A stretch of 61,432 bases of DNA, the filler included, from Bipalium vagum (taxonomy: Eukaryota): the NCBI GenBank assembly GCA_037834085.1. It is 3 parts of 3 records of this genome, joined end to end, with 100 filler letters (N's around TTAATTAATTAA, not from the genome) between each part and the next. Parts side by side here need not be neighbours in the genome. Positions count along the whole stretch, not along the records: positions 26,278 to 44,463 come from JBBMKC010037419.1; 2 more parts are not named here. One strand, written 5' to 3'. Below the pieces are notes generated by a model, which was not told the DNA's origin, made no database searches, and saw only the letters and a program-made list of their open reading frames with translations. Below are positions 26,278 through 41,436 of the stretch, in pieces. How positions within the stretch are numbered: position 1 is the first letter of the stretch; the number at the start of each line of letters is the position of its first letter. Made by a program: the position numbers and the translations under genes.

Positions 26278-27468
26278 AATTTCATGCACAGATTTCATGC
26301 ACAGTTAGATTTGATCACACCAAAAAGGATCACAAAAGTAAAACAAAAGAATCAATGTTGATTTAGTTCATTTTGTACATCTGCTGTACCTGGGAGTCTC
26401 CACAGAAAGAAGAAACAGGACCATTCCATGACCGCAATCGATCCGGAAGATCTAGTTTAACCACAAAACAGGAAGACCGGTATATTATGATCAGTTCTTT
26501 GAGAAATCGCCGAAGTTCAACTTCAGAAATCACTGCTAATTTCAATGTCTCTCATGAAACAAAAATCAGCTCCACTACAGTAAAACGGCGTTTGCTTGAT
26601 GTCGGCCTAAGAGGCTGTGTAGCAGTCAAAAACCACGTCTAACAAAAGCGATTAACCTGGGCCAAAGAACATAATAATTGGACACCGGAAGACAGGAATA
26701 AAGTTCTTTGATCAGACGAATCCAAATTTGAAATTTTTGGCAATAAGCGTTGATCATTCGTCTGTCGTCGGCCTTGGGAAATTATGCTGGAAGAGTGTAC
26801 AGTGCAAACTATTAAGCATGGAGAAGAAAAGATCATGATTTCGGGTTGTTTTGGGGGTGGACAAGTCGGAAGATTTGTGAAAATTGATGGAAGAATGACG
26901 AAAGAAGTCTACTTGGACATTTTAAAGGAACATCTTTGAATTGTGGAGCAGAATTAATTGGCAAAGGATTCTTTTTCCAGCAGGACAATGATCCAAAACA
27001 CACTGATAAAGTGGTAAAGCAGTATTTAAGAGAGAAAACCGAAGGTTTTCTACCTGGCCATCTCAAAGCCCTGATTGCAACCCAATAGAACAACTCTGGG
27101 ATCATTTGAATAGAGAGGTGAGAAAAAATCCTCCAAGTGGAAATAGCAATCTTTGGTTATCACTTAAAATTATTTTGAAATCTGTTGATGGTCAGTACTT
27201 ACAAAAGTTGTGTGACAGACTACCTCGAATATGTCAGGCTCATATTAAATCTAGAGGTGGTCATTTTGATGAAAACAGCATTTAATTTAAATGTTAGTTA
27301 ATGTGCTTATTGTGTAAAAATACGTGTTATTTTTTATAAAAAATTTAAAAAAGTGTTTTAAAATTATTTATTTCTTTTATTGTTACCTTAAGAAATTTTA
27401 GAATGCGATCATTTCATTATAAAATAGCTATTTTATTAAGTGCGATTAAACTTATGGACGGTAGTGTA
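26278..27468 (+). mobile_element. Tc1-like (DD34E) transposon, 5' truncated, pseudogenised
   Basis: RSGRSSLTTKQEDRYI, VL*SDESKFEIFG, FFFQQDNDPKHT, WPSQSPDCNPIEQLWDHL; right end reads TA|CACTACCGTCCATAAG on the minus strand. Confidence 0.92.
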
Positions 27469-30399
27469 TATATCAAATCTTAACCTAAAAATTTACTGAA
27501 AAATTTACTTAATTTTCTTCGAACTTCTGCTTTCACCTTCGAGAATTGGGTTAAGCCGACTACACAGCCGACCAATCCGACTTACTTATTAACGTACTTA
27601 TTATATTTTTGTATGAAACATTTTTTATTCAAATTAGATTAATATATAACATGTTATCTTAAAGATGAACATATTATGGTTTCAAAGTGGTGATGCTTTT
27701 AAAACTTATACTCTTTCATATGCTCTTTCTGATAAAATCACTTTAAAATGTTTGAAAAAATAATGAGTACTTTTATTTTAAATGAATAATAATTTATATT
27801 TTTATTATTATTATTAAACTTTTTAAAAAAATTTATTAAATATTATTAACTTACATCAAAATATCTAACAAAAATTATTTAATTAAAAAAATATTAAAAA
27901 TATATAATCGAATATTTGTTTATTTTCAATGGTCAATATTTCAATAATCTTCGATAAAATTCTGTAATATTATTTAAATAAAATCAATGATGATCGATCG
28001 AATTATAGTTTTTATTTTTATAGGATAAAAATCTATTAATTAATAAAAATAATTTTAGCTTTTAATGATGTTTTGACTTTTCTATTTATTTGTTAGTTTT
28101 TATATTTATTATTTTCTAAATGTTTTTATGATAAAAAGACTGATTAATAATCGATAGCAAAGATGATATTTCAGACGTTAAATTACAAAAAAATCATAAT
28201 TTAACTCAAAATATAGAAAATAATTGAAAAAATATTTTAAAATATTATTTTAAAGTTCAAGTTTAAATTAGAGAAGATGAAATAAAAAATAGAATTAATA
28301 CAATAATATCAATTTAAGTTGGAATGTTTTGCGTTTCTGTAGTATAAAGTCGTGATCATCGGTAATTAATGTTTTCAACCTCAAAGGATAAGAAACACTT
28401 TGAGGACGACATAATAGAGTTGGTAGTCGGATGGATACATAACTGGCTACGTATTCATTGTTTCTAAAAAATATTTAGTCAACCCTAAAACAAGACTTAA
28501 ATATCTTGTAAGAATTTCATTTTAAAACATTGTTATTAATTTCTTGAGAATCTAATTAAGTTAATTAAAAACTTTTATCGTGATCGTAGAAAAAATTAAT
28601 TAATCATATTTACCACAACACATGTGAGAATCAGGTTTTCTTAAATGAAATTGATGTATTTAATTTTATTTTAGAAAAGTTTATGATTAATAATTTTAAG
28701 ATAAATGTTTCTGAACTACACTTAAGATTAGTTCAGACATAATTAAAACCTATTCATTCTTTATTCTGAAGCCCAGTGGAATTAACATATTTTGACTTCG
28801 TAAAAATCTCAGATAAGCCAATTAAAGCGATGTTTCACATTGAAAATTTGGCTAATACAGATTTTCAGAAGCAAATTAATTTTTTACTCCTGTTTTCTCT
28901 TGATTTTGTTTCCACATAACATTTTTGGATCAGAAAGAAAAACGAGAAGTCTTTCTCAAATGATAGATCATCAAGAAAATTTTATTTATATTTCAAAGAT
29001 TTTTATCACTTTCTCGTTTCTTCAATAATTTTTCCATCAAAGTTTCAGTAGAGAATCGTTCGATGTATCTAACATCATTTTGGGAACAGGTTAATTTTTC
29101 AAAAGAAAAAATCAAAGTATTTTTATTTTTCAAAATTGAATTGAATATTTATTTTAAGACTTTAACTTTGATTAAGTTCTTGTCAAATTTTTTCGAACAT
29201 TTTACTTTATAAATTTATCTATGCTTTATATATTTTTATTGCACCAAGATTTGTAAAACTATTCCGAAGGCCCTTATAATATTTTGTATATAATTAAAAT
29301 ATTTGCTTTGCTTATATAAAAACGTTTACAAAAGTTGAATACATTCAATTTTAACTTTAAAAATTTTGATTAAATGTATTCTATCACAAAGGGAAAATGT
29401 GAAAAATAGAAAGCCAATAGAAAAATAGAAAGAAATTGAAATAAATAGAAATAAAACGTATTTCATCAATCAAAATTTGCCAGATGCTCCATCTTTAACA
29501 ACAATTTAACGATCCCTTAGATCAGTGATTTTTTGCTGGATCCCCTCGGAGACATTCCTCTAGCTCGAGAAACCACTATACAATAATGTAATTCCTTTAT
29601 ACAGAAAACAGTATTTTTTAGCAACTCTTTTCAACATTTACGTTTTCTACAATGGCTTCGTCAATAATAAAATGAACAAGCACTAGGAGTTTTGCTTTAC
29701 CAGTTATAAAGAATAATTTTTAATTAATATTATAGTATGTTTCATAAATATTTGTGAAATTAAAAACCCGGTACATTTTTCATATTTTTTGAAAAGATAT
29801 TTTATTTTAAATATATATAATATGGGGTATTATTTTATCACACTACTTTATTTTAGGACAACAGCGTGAATTATAAAATGGATTTTTCATTGGAGAATAA
29901 AGTTTTAAAAATAAAATTTTATTAAACAAGTTTTTATTTATAAAACTTGAGCTTATTTATAAGACCTTAAAATTTTAACATGCTTTATTTGTGTATGAAT
30001 TCAAGTTAACAAAAATTACTTGATCTCGCAGCGCTCCAAAGAATTTTTTTCTGTTTCTTCGGTTTAAAAGGACACGTGGTACCATAAATTTAGAGAATCA
30101 AGAACTACTAATGCTGAATGATTTGCAACAGTTTGCTAACCACAGATGATTTTTGAAATTAAAAGAACAGTCGTAATCGACAAATTATACTTCATCATGA
30201 GAACCCAGCTTTCATGCTATTTCAAATGTATTATGGTGAGTGTTAACTTACTCGAATTCCATATGAAATAATAAACTAAACAATTACTAAAGTTTGTTTA
30301 TTTCTAAAATCTGCTGTTTCATAAAAATCAATAATTAAAACAATTGTAATTATTGATTTTACTGAATTATAAAGATTACGTAAAATCTTTAAAATTCCT

Positions 30400-31420
30400 T
30401 ATAGTGAGTAATAAGTAATTTCGCTTTATTTACTTTATTTTAGTTAGATTAAATATGGAAACAGCTGAAATCCGGACACTCATTTGACATTTTTAAAAAA
30501 AGATCTCAATGGAACGACTGAAAAAATATTCTAAGTAGAAATTGAAGGATGTTTTGTCAACTAGTGTAGCTCAAAAGTGGTTCAAAAAATAAGCCACGGT
30601 GAGAGTGACATTCAGGATGAAGGGCGTTCCGACAGACTTATCTAAATGAATTTTGAAAAACTACGCAAATCAATTGAAGATAATCCATCTACTAGCACTA
30701 GAAGATTGTCTAATGAATTTAATGAGCCCAAGAGAGCAGTTGTCCGACACCTGGAAACCATTAGTAAGGATATACACTGCAAAGAAGTGCCTCATAACTT
30801 AACAAAAAATCAAGATAATACATATTGAAGTATGCATTAAACTGTTTGAAAATCTCCCGAGTGACAGCTTTAGTTAGTTTATCAATTGTTACCTCAGATT
30901 AAAAATAAATTCAAACTTGGATCAAATGCAACGGAAGCGGAAAGAAATATCATCGAAGCTTTAGGAAAAGGATCAAGTGGTCAAAGACAATAAGATAATG
31001 GTTTACACGATTCAAAAAGGATAAGTTTCACACCAGAGACCTACCACATATCGGTATTATAGAACTGTTGGAGTTTATTCTTTGAACAGATTCACGCCAA
31101 ACAACGAGAGAAATGGTTTTATAAAATGAAATGTCATCATAGATGTGTTGCGGATGATCGCAAAAAGATAGGGGAAAATCAAAAAATCGGATCATGAGGG
31201 CCGCATGTTCTTTCTGAGCAAAACAAAAATCAAAGATTGGTCACATGCGCTTGTCTTCTTTCTCCACAACTTCATGTTATCCAAGGACATCAACCATATC
31301 TAAACCATATTATGATTGGTGATGAAAATTAGCGTCTCTACACCAACATTAAACAGAGTAATCAAAGCACCACTTCATCCGCATCTTTCCTTCTTTACAT
31401 CTAATGGGACGTGAAAGGAT
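30400..31420 (+). mobile_element. cluster of decayed mariner fragments
   Basis: METAEIR, AQKWFKK, DEGRSDR, IEDNPSTSTRRLS, EVPHNLT; second fragment PHVLSEQNKNQRLVTC, IMIGDEN. Confidence 0.75.
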
Positions 31421-34250
31421 TAAGAAAATAGTTTACAAACAATTCTTTAATTTCAAGATTTGAAATAAGAAATTTCTGACGCATATTCCTGATAGATTAT
31501 GGTGCAAGAAAGCTATAGAAGAATATTTTGAAAATAAATAAATGTTAAGCATTCTTGTTATCATATAAAAATTAAATGTACATTGATAGGTTCTTTTGTC
31601 ATAAAGTTGTAAAACTCCTTAATTAACAACTTACAAAATTATAATTACATCTTTTCCTTAGAATTAATTAATTAATATTTTTACTTAAGATTGAAAATAT
31701 TATGTTAGCGAATTTCATATTTTATTTTAAGAAAATAAGAATATTTTATTTAAAATTGCATTTGAAAAGTCTAAGTAGCATTGAAATGTCACTTAACATA
31801 TTCCTGGTATTATTTCTGCCTGTTAAGAATGAAATATAAATGATATTTTTACTTTTCAGCAAATCGTTTATACATTTAGCAAAGATAACCAAATGATGAA
31901 TCCAGATTTCTCACATAAAATTGAAAAAAGTATGTAATTAGCTGTTAGTGATAATGATTTATTTTCACTGGCTGATGAAGCAGTCCCAATTCATTAAGGA
32001 AATCACTTCATTTTATTTTTACATCTAAAATAACTTTTGGGACGTTTTATAAATCTTTAAAACTTTTATTTATTTATGGATATTTTATATATTTTGATTT
32101 ACATTAATTTTATTTTTTTTAATTATATTTTTTCTATTCTTTTTAGTTTAAGTTATTATTAAATATAGATAAATTAAGTTAAATATAAGTTAAGAACCGA
32201 AAAGATCAAAACAAGGAATGAATTAGAAGAAAATAGTGTTTTATAGTATAAATTAAACTGTAAATTATATAGCAGTGTCAATAATAATAGTTTCTCCAAT
32301 AAATATAGAAATATTAACAAGAACATAAATTAATAATCAAAAAGATAAAGATAAATTTCTTGTTATTACCAGTGTTCCAAAACATTTTATTTATTAAACA
32401 TGAATTAAACATTTACATTTTACAGATGAATCCATTTTAGTAAATTTGACTTTTAATATGTTAAGTTTTGAATTAGTTGGAAGTAACTTGAACACTGAAT
32501 ATCTTTCCAAAACTTAACGTGGCTCGTTTGTTATAAAATTGATCAGAAGGATTTAGAGTGTGTTAGGTTCGGTTTATATGAGAGGTTGCGTTTATTTATT
32601 TTTAATTTTAAATTGACTGGGTAACTGTAAATTGCTTGCAAGTAAACAATAGTTTCTAATTAATTCGTAAACGTGACTTTCGATAAATAAAAATTCGACC
32701 ACTAAGTCAAATAAAAACAATTTTTATAAATTTAAAAATTTTGTTTAAATATTGGTTAAAAGCTTTGTTGAACAAATAAAATGTTACTAGTAAATCCCGG
32801 AGAAGAATCAGAACAATATTAATTATGCTCTTCACTATCTTAGCCTTAAGAGCCCTCAAAAGTAAAATGCGCCTCTCCGCCCTACTTGACGTTGAGAAGG
32901 CAAAAAAAATTACAAGTTATTTGATGTTTCGAAAGTAAACGGGGATCTATCCGGTTACTTCGAATTATTTATTTAATTAATTATTTACTAACTTGTAATC
33001 AAGTTGGAAATAGAATTGTTCAATTTGGAATCAAGTTGCAATTCTCAAAGTTTAATAATAATAATTACAAATTACCGAAAACTATTTAAATTACTTATTG
33101 TATAATATTCTACGCAAGATCCTGGCCTTCTGTATAATAAGCTTAATTTAGAATTGATCGTCGGACTGATTTTCGATTTTGTATCTCTTTCTATCTTCGC
33201 ACAAGTATTTGAATTTCTCTTTGACTAGTTGAATATTTGATTTCCTTAGTCGCAAGTTTGAATAAATATTTCTTTTTCTTGTAGAATTAAATGACTCTTC
33301 TTGAATGAATGACTTCTTCTTTTGGGATCGTAGATTCGAACGTTTTTACTTCTCTCCTCCTGGATGATATTGAAGTGAATGTGTTTCCTTCTATTCTCCT
33401 AGTTTCTATAGAATTGAATTGGCTGTCTTCAGTTTCTTTTCACTGCAATGATATCCACTCGAGTAATTTAATAGTATCCGTCAGTTATATTGAAATTTGA
33501 TATAGTCTTGTCCGATTCAATTTGTAATCAGAGACGAGAATATGAATTTTTGAACACTTCTTGTAACTCAACACTTCGAAATTTTTGTTATTCTCCTGTC
33601 CTTTATTTTAACAAATATTTTATATTAATATTAAAATTTCTTAGTTATTTTTTATTTATAGTAACTTTAATATACTATAATTATTTTTTTTACGATTTTT
33701 ATTGTGACTTTAGTTACTTTTAATATCACTTTATTTTTAGTAATGATTTTTGTTATTTATTCTAATTTAAGAATTATTTTTAAGTTCTTCCATATTTTTT
33801 TATGAATTTTATTTATATTTTAATTATTTATTTAATTTTAAATATTTCACAGGATTTACTGGTAATTACAATATATTTTTTATACATTCATTAAGACGTT
33901 CTACTTAATATTATAATTACATTATCTTAAAGATTACACAGATTTATCATATAAAAGATTCGACAAAAATTAAATAACATCAGAAGTAGGTTAAGTTACC
34001 CAAAGATCATTCACAAATATAAAAAATTGGATTTTGATCATATATAAGTCACATAGAATATTAACAAAGGTTCATTTTACTTTTTGTCCTCTGGTAGTTG
34101 ACTTGGGAGTCCCCACAAATATTTTGTTTTGTCATATGTTCTAAAAAACATTTTTCTTGAAACGCCTTTTATTTTATATCTAGCTCATCATATAAGATTT
34201 TAAAATAATTTAAAACCGAAAAATTCACGTGTATCTTTATTTGCAGCTAA

Positions 34251-35215
34251 TACAGGGTCTTCCAAAAGAAGATTTACTACTTTTAACATATTAAATACTA
34301 AGTAGTTTTGTTTAAATAAAGTAATATTTAACATTATTCTAGCTAAACATTTGAAAATTAAATGTGGATCGTTATAATGTGCAACAACGGGCAGAAATTA
34401 TCAAAATATTTTATCAAAGCGGTAATTCAATTTCAGTAATCGTTAAAAAATTTAATGCAAAATTTGAGAAAAACAAATGTTCATCAAAACCAACAATTTA
34501 AAATCTGGTTAATGCTTTTGAAGCATTTGGCTCGGTAGCAGATAGACCAAAATCTGGACGACCTTGGTCTGCGCGTATACCTGAAAATATTGCAAGTACA
34601 CAAGAAAGTATTGAAAACAATAAATGCATCTCAACCAGTCATAGAGGACAGGAATTAAACCTCTCAAAATCCAGTTTGTCGCGAATAATGCATGAAGATT
34701 TGCATATGAAAGCCTATAAGCTGTTTGTAGTTCAGAAGCTGAAAGAATCAGACCATCAAAGTCCCCTGTTTTATTGTAATTTGTTGTTAGAAAGATCAAT
34801 TGCGGATCCTCATTTTTGGAAAAAAATCATTATGACTGATGAAATTCATTTTCACTTGAGTAAAGGTGTTTTTAATAAATAAAATTGTCAAATTTGGGCA
34901 ACAAAGCAACCCTATGTTTTGAAGGAAGTTTATATTAATCAACCAAAAACTATTACACAACTCAAAGACAACATTTCAGAACAAATCGCTATGATCTCAA
35001 TTGACTTATGCCAAAATGTTATGCAAATTCCATAAAATAGCCCAAACTTATAGGCTGCCAGAGGCTGTCATTTTAATGACATCATATTTATAATATAAAT
35101 TTTTGTAATATCTGTGTTTTAATAAAGGTATAAATAAAATTACTTGGCATTTTAATTTTTATGTAAGGAGAAATAGCGACTTAACATAGTAAAGCTTCTT
35201 TTGAAAGACCCTGTA
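34251..35215 (+). mobile_element. rosa/DD41D-like Tc1/mariner element with both TIRs and an internal deletion
   Basis: TA|CAGGGTCTTCCAAAAGAAGATTTACT ... AGTAAAGCTTCTTTTGAAAGACCCTG|TA; DRYNVQQRAEIIKIFY, SGRPWSAR, MKAYK, IIMTDEIHFHLSKGVFNK*NCQIW. Confidence 0.85.
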
Positions 35216-36420
35216 TTATTTATAATTTCATTTTACATAAAACTATAATCTCATCTTCTAAATACCATATATTATTTATTTGAATTCTGAAATGTTTAAG
35301 TTTCAGGAGTTCATGATAGAGATTTACTACGATAAAAATATATTTAGAATATAATATTTTACAATTATCAACTGCAGGCGTCTACATACTTCTAATCACG
35401 CTGGCCAGATTGGGATTGAAATCAATTTTGGTGGACCAAAATAAGTGGTTAAGGATTCTCTTATTACTATTTTCATTTTTATAATAATTAATAAAACAAA
35501 AAGTAATATTACAAAAGTACTAAGCAAACAAGGATAAATTACACTTAATGAGAAATTTATTTTAATTTTTGATTTTAAATTTTAATATTAATGACGGAAA
35601 AATTTGTTTAAATCTAAAACACCAATTATAAGCAATGATTGCAAGTGATCCTAAAATAAATTTTCCTTATAATTTGATTCCAGATACCTCTACCTGCAAA
35701 ATTTTGTACGCACATAAAAATTTTTACGCCTCCCAATTGTCAGATATTGGACTCGATTCCAGTCCAAGTTATACTTTCTTAATTTACACTAATTTAAATT
35801 AAATTTCATTATTGTTTCACGCAGTTTTCTTTTAATGATTTGTTAAAAAATTACATTTACTACATTATTTTATTAATAAATTACTGTTTATTACTTGTTA
35901 TTATTACTTGTTTATTATTTTATTTTTAATCATATTAATAACATATGTCATTAGATCTTCAGTTACATTTAAAAATTATAATTTTATTCAAGCTTTGCTG
36001 TTGTGAGGGTACTGTCGAAAACATGATATTGTTAATATTATCGTCATTTTCATTAAATTCTTATTATATGGATATGGTGATTCCGCATTACACTTTCATT
36101 TTTAAAATACATAAAATAGTATAAAAAAATTATTATACCTGTTTTACTTTAATTTTTTTAAGATTTGAGATAAGTTTTTGTGGATAAATTTCTTTTAAAA
36201 TCTAATGGCATTTTCATAAACTTCCGCTTAAGAGTCTTAGATAATTGTATTACAAATTAATTTAATCATAGTGATTAGGACAATTTTGTTAACAAAACTA
36301 TATCTTTCGATCTGAAACAAGTAAAACAACATAAATATTAATTCCCTAACGAAATCAGCTATTTATTATTATGTATTTATAAATTGAATCAATATCAGAA
36401 AAACAAAATTATCATTTTAG

Positions 36421-36722
36421 GTCTCGCTCGTGGCAAACTGTTTCTCATTCCTATAAGTCCACAGGATGGATATGGCTGTTGGCGTCCACTGTTATGATAC
36501 CAGAATTTTTGGTAGCAAATCTGGAATGGCTAAAAGGTTTGAAAGTATATAAATGTGCTGAAGTGTGGAATAACTATAATCATTACTTGAGTTTTACATT
36601 AGGTCTGTTAATAGTGATTTATATTATCCCTATTATTCTCATGATATATACACATGCCAGAATTGCATATTGCCTTCATAGGCGAGATGATATCTCATCA
36701 AACAGATTATTTAGAATATGTG
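36421..36722 (+). CDS. rhodopsin-class peptide GPCR, CCK/gastrin/sulfakinin-receptor-like; exon encoding ICL2-TM4-ECL2-TM5
   Basis: cattttag|G then SRSWQTVSHSYKSTGWIWLLASTVMIP...YKCAEVW...LLIVIYIIPIILMIYTHARIA; donor G|gtaaat. SR.WQT.SH..K is a hallmark of CCK-type receptors. Confidence 0.88.
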
Positions 36723-38259
36723 GTAAATTACTTTTACTTTTCAAATTATATAATTTTAAAAATGTGACTGATTTTATGGTTATAATTTTAAATCTAACTC
36801 CGTTAAAAGTTATCAAATATATAACAGTTTCAGTTGTAAAAATCAAGAAAAATCAACATAATAATTGAAAAATTAAACAAAATCCTACGTGAAAAATTAA
36901 GTATTAAAATGTAATTAATTTACTTTTTTAATTTCTCTTACCAGTAATTTCAGTAATCCCGTTAATCAAATAATCCCATTGCCTATCTTTGTTTGCTAAA
37001 AGGGAATTGCCTTTCAAAAATGTTATATTGTTGGATTATATATTTGTCAAACTCAGTGAATTGTATAAAATATATTTTCTAATTCTTTTTCAAAGAAATG
37101 TGCAAAATAATTGAAAAAAAAATGCTTATTTAAATTAGCTACACATAAAGATGAAAATAATTTAAAATTGTAACTTTATTTTTAATCTATCCAGTTATTT
37201 TTTTCTATTTGTTTTAATTTGAAATGTGTGACGAAAATGTTTTGAACTTCAAAGAAGTCATATAAATTTTTCCAACTGAGAGCGGAATTTGAGATTTAAT
37301 GATGAACTTCCGCTGATTACCCAACATGAGTTGATCATGATTTTTTGTGGACTACTGGAAAAAATCGTTGGGAATTACTTTAGAAATACAGAAAAAAGTA
37401 TCTCATACAGGCACGCGAACTTATATAAAAAGACTTTAATAATCTATAGGGAAATTTTGTAAATGTATTCCTCTTCATCTTACTTTATTAATGTTTGTTT
37501 GTTAGGTAATTAATTAAGTCTTATATTGATAGATTTGTGAAGATTACCAAGTTATACAAGAAAAAAATAATATTTTAACTACAACCTTTGATCTATTTGT
37601 GCATGAATATCTCAAAACATTTTCTTTATATTAAAATATAAATTATTATTATTGCTATTTTATTAGTAAAAGAAAGAAATCATTATAAGATAGAATCGCA
37701 ATTCTCATTTCTTTCTTCTCTTATTAACGGAATTATAATATAATATCAAATATAAGAAATATATAACAATAGTATTTGATTGGTATTAACATTAGATTAC
37801 TCTCTTGAAAAAATCAATATAATAAAAATAATATAAAGTTACTTTTTGAAGAAAAGAACTTAAACAATTATTAGAAAGCACAGTAAAAGTGCTTTACTGT
37901 AAAACTTAAACAGAAAAATAGTTACCGTAGAAAAAAGATTGCAAATAAGAACAAACCCCAAAAGATAATATCAAAGCGGAAGAATTTTATCGTTCTGGAT
38001 AAAGTTCACTGTACAAAAGAAGAATCAATATCTACAAAGTAGTTGATTTTAAATTTTTTAAGATTATTTAACGTAAAAGTTAATTAAATTCAAATAAGCA
38101 GTTTTAACATTTAGGTAAGATGCTATTCTTATTTATCCATTTACATAATATTTTTAACTGATAAAGCATAACTCAGGTTTAATGACTCAAAATTAAAACA
38201 GTATAATCTTTGATAAAACCTTGAATTGGTAAATAATTTTTTAATATCAATGTAATTAA

Positions 38260-38800
38260 TTCAAAATGAAATCAACACAATGTGAACAAAGCACGGTCTG
38301 TGTAATCAATTTTTTCAAGCTTTACAATGACAATTGGAAGATAACAATAAATCATTTTTTAAGCAAGGTTTGGTCAGGAGGACAGTTGAACGGATATTTG
38401 AACGTTATCAGAAGTTTGGTACAATAAAGTATTCAAAAAATTTCGACCCCAAACTAAATGTTTTAACTCTAAGACATTTGAAGTTATCACAGAGACCTAC
38501 ATCGAGTATCCATCAATTGTCACCAGAAATGTTGCCAAATCAACGCAAAATATTGAATGTCTCATAGAAAAGCAACAGCACAAATACACCTCAGAATTGC
38601 CTTATTGAAACATTTTGGTCTTTGTGAAGGCAGGAAATGAAGAAAGCTATAAAAATTCCGTCGCAAATACTAAAGTTTAAAAGAAAGTGGATTGACATTT
38701 CATAAAGAGTCTCGGAAAAACATGGTTTGAATCTATTCAGAAAATTTAATAGAAAACTGTATAAAACTTAGAAAATTGGTGCATATGCTTATGATAAATA
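38260..38800 (+). mobile_element. highly decayed Tc1-like remnant
   Basis: RRTVERIFERYQKFGTI HTH-like segment; IETFWSL-like segment near 38604. Confidence 0.45.
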
Positions 38801-40216
38801 ATAAACCTATGTCTGTAGATCTTAAATAACATGGATATATAACATAAGTATATAATATTTTGTTGTTCTTATTTAACTTATATACCTACAAATCTTAATA
38901 ATTTAATTCTTGCGGCATTAAACCTGGTTCAATCATTAATATACTGATTACATGTGGTCCGATTTTAAATGTAATTGTAAAATTGAATTGCATTTACATA
39001 AATAATTCAATCTCAAAATTTTATTTCACTGAATAAATAATCAAAATGATGACTAAAGATTTTTTTATCTCTTATTTCTTTTTTTTGTATTTTTCATGCC
39101 ACATAATAAAGAAAACCGACTTTTTACTAATAGCCCTTGAGAGTAAAATCGAAACTCAACATCTCTCATTCTCTCTTTAAAATTAAATTTATTACGGATT
39201 ATAAATATAAATAAACTGGTATACTTTAGATTGTTAAAAAATATTTGAAATGAAATATAAATTAATAATAACCAGTTTTTTCAGTCAATCGATTCATAAA
39301 AGTTGAGAATTGTTTTATATTTTTTATTTTTCGATCTGATTCAGTAATAGACCTTATTGTTTAATATGGATTCAGTAGTTTATATTCGATTCCTTTATCA
39401 TTTTTCTTTAAATATTGAATTTCATGTTTTAATCTTTCTCCAATGTTATGTGCAAATGTATTCTTTGATAATCTTTTTCTGTATTAAAGTACTTATTTTT
39501 CTGAACTTCTAATTATTTTTAGGATCCTAACATGATAATTATTCTTGATAAGAAATGGATTACTTAGTCATTAATCTTGAACGAGATTATTCTTTACCTT
39601 TTCAAGAGTCACTTTTTTCGTAACCTAATAATTTTCTTTGCCTGTCCATTTATACCGACTAAAGGGCCCATTTCATTAGAAGTTACTTCCTAAATGTTCA
39701 AAAAAAAATTTTAAAATGAAATTAAAAGCAAATATGATATCCAGTTTATATAAAAAAGAACATGTGCAGTATTAGAAACCGACAATGGAAAATATCATGC
39801 CAAAATGACTAAGGTAGAAAATTATTATTGGAAATTAGAATGTCACTCTTACTTTTCATATGTCCATCAGATTTTTACTTTTATATTAAGTTTTATAGAT
39901 TATATATTTTTATATTAAGTTTTCAAAAAGTGAAGATCTTTCCACTGGAAATTGCATGCTGAAAGATAACTGGATAGTCATTGGAATTGTTTTAATGAAT
40001 TATATATCTTGCCAACATAATAATGCATTAATGTTTATGTAAATTGTTACCATGAAACTGCTTTAATATCTTCGGATATAAATATTTTCTTTAATTTTAA
40101 TTCTTGTAAAAAAATTGATAACAGCAATTGTATGCCAAAAATTACATAACCGACATGTTTAAATAATACATCAAAGAAATAAAGATTTACAAAACTTTCA
40201 TACATTGTTTTTTAGA

Positions 40217-40218
<2 letters not shown>

Positions 40219-40267
<49 letters not shown>

Positions 40268-40278
40268 TAGTAGTAGTA
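40219..40278. repeat. (TTA)n/(TAG)n microsatellite
   Basis: Directly visible. Confidence 0.95.
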
Positions 40279-41037
40279 TTGAATAATCATTAAAATAATA
40301 AATAATTATAATTATAATTTTTAAATATCAGTATAATAAAGCAATTTTAAATTAAAAAGAAAAAAAATGCTATTACTTAAAATTTTATATTTTAAAAATA
40401 TTATGAAAATTTTTATTCTATTAAATTCAAAATCTCTAAGAAATGTTTAAAAATAGATAATAAATAATGTTACATTATTTATAAAATTGATCTCAAAATT
40501 AATTACACCTATTAATATCTGATTATAATTATAATTATTCTCTATTAATTTAACAGTTGGATAGTATTAGTTAAGGGATTACAACAAAGATAACAAATTT
40601 AAAAATAAATTATTAGACAAATAAAAGCAAATATTACCATAGATGGTATCATAAATAGATTTTATCTGAAATCATTCATAAATATTCTAAGGAAGGTAAT
40701 TATCTTATCCGTTGAAAAATAATAATTATATGTGCACATATATATTTAAAGAAATTTAAATATTTGATAAATGAATATTAATGAAATGTGAATATCAAAA
40801 GTTTTTTCTTTTGTCTATCTTCTACTGATTATGTTTCTTTATTGTACTTCTATTTTTTCACTCTTAAATTTAAATAATATTTCTGAGAAAGATTTATAAA
40901 ATATTTTATAACAAATACACAAAATAATTAACATTAAATTATTTTACAAATAAGTCCACGATTAATTGATTATTATAAATCTTAGATTTTAAGTGCTAAA
41001 TTAAGAAGTTGTTTAAAATCCTCGAAAAACTTTTATT

Positions 41038-41097
41038 GGGATTCGAACCCGGGACCTTCACATGCGCATGCACTGCTCTGACCGCTGAGCTACATCC
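41038..41097 (-). pseudogene. tRNA-Ala-like pseudogene or tRNA-derived repeat in the GPCR intron
   Basis: GGATGTAGCTCAGCGGTCAGAGC...CGCATGTGAAGGTCCCGGGTTCGAATCCC: A and B boxes present, anticodon stem unpaired, 3' acceptor strand missing. Confidence 0.75.
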
Positions 41098-41436
41098 TCA
41101 GACGTATTTTCAATATATCTCACAAATAGAATTTAGTAAATTCTTAAGGTAAATTTTTTGAAGAACATAATATTAATATTTATTATTTCAATATAAGAAA
41201 ATATAGAGGGGCCATAAAAAAATCGTTTTTATAAAAACCATTTAACGACACAAAAATAGATAATAATGATCTATTTGTGTACTGTAATAATATGTAGCTA
41301 AATATTTTGTTTTTTAAAAACTACATATATCACTAAAAAGATTTAAAATTCTTATAAAACCTTATGTAAACAGTCTTGATTTTAAAAATTTCAACCATGG
41401 TATTTCGGTTTTATTATCCTTATCATTTGTGTTCAG

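Noticed and set aside
31972-32005. CTGATGA hammerhead core (also 5621, 34836, 53099)
   Set aside because: No stem II followed by GAAA and a cleavage triplet
35300-35480. Possible TM3 exon of the GPCR
   Set aside because: No DRY/ERY or C..P motif in any frame; TM1-TM3 exons were not found in the window
41038-41097. Functional tRNA-Ala(CGC) genes here and at 49099
   Set aside because: Anticodon stems do not pair and acceptor stems are incomplete or mismatched
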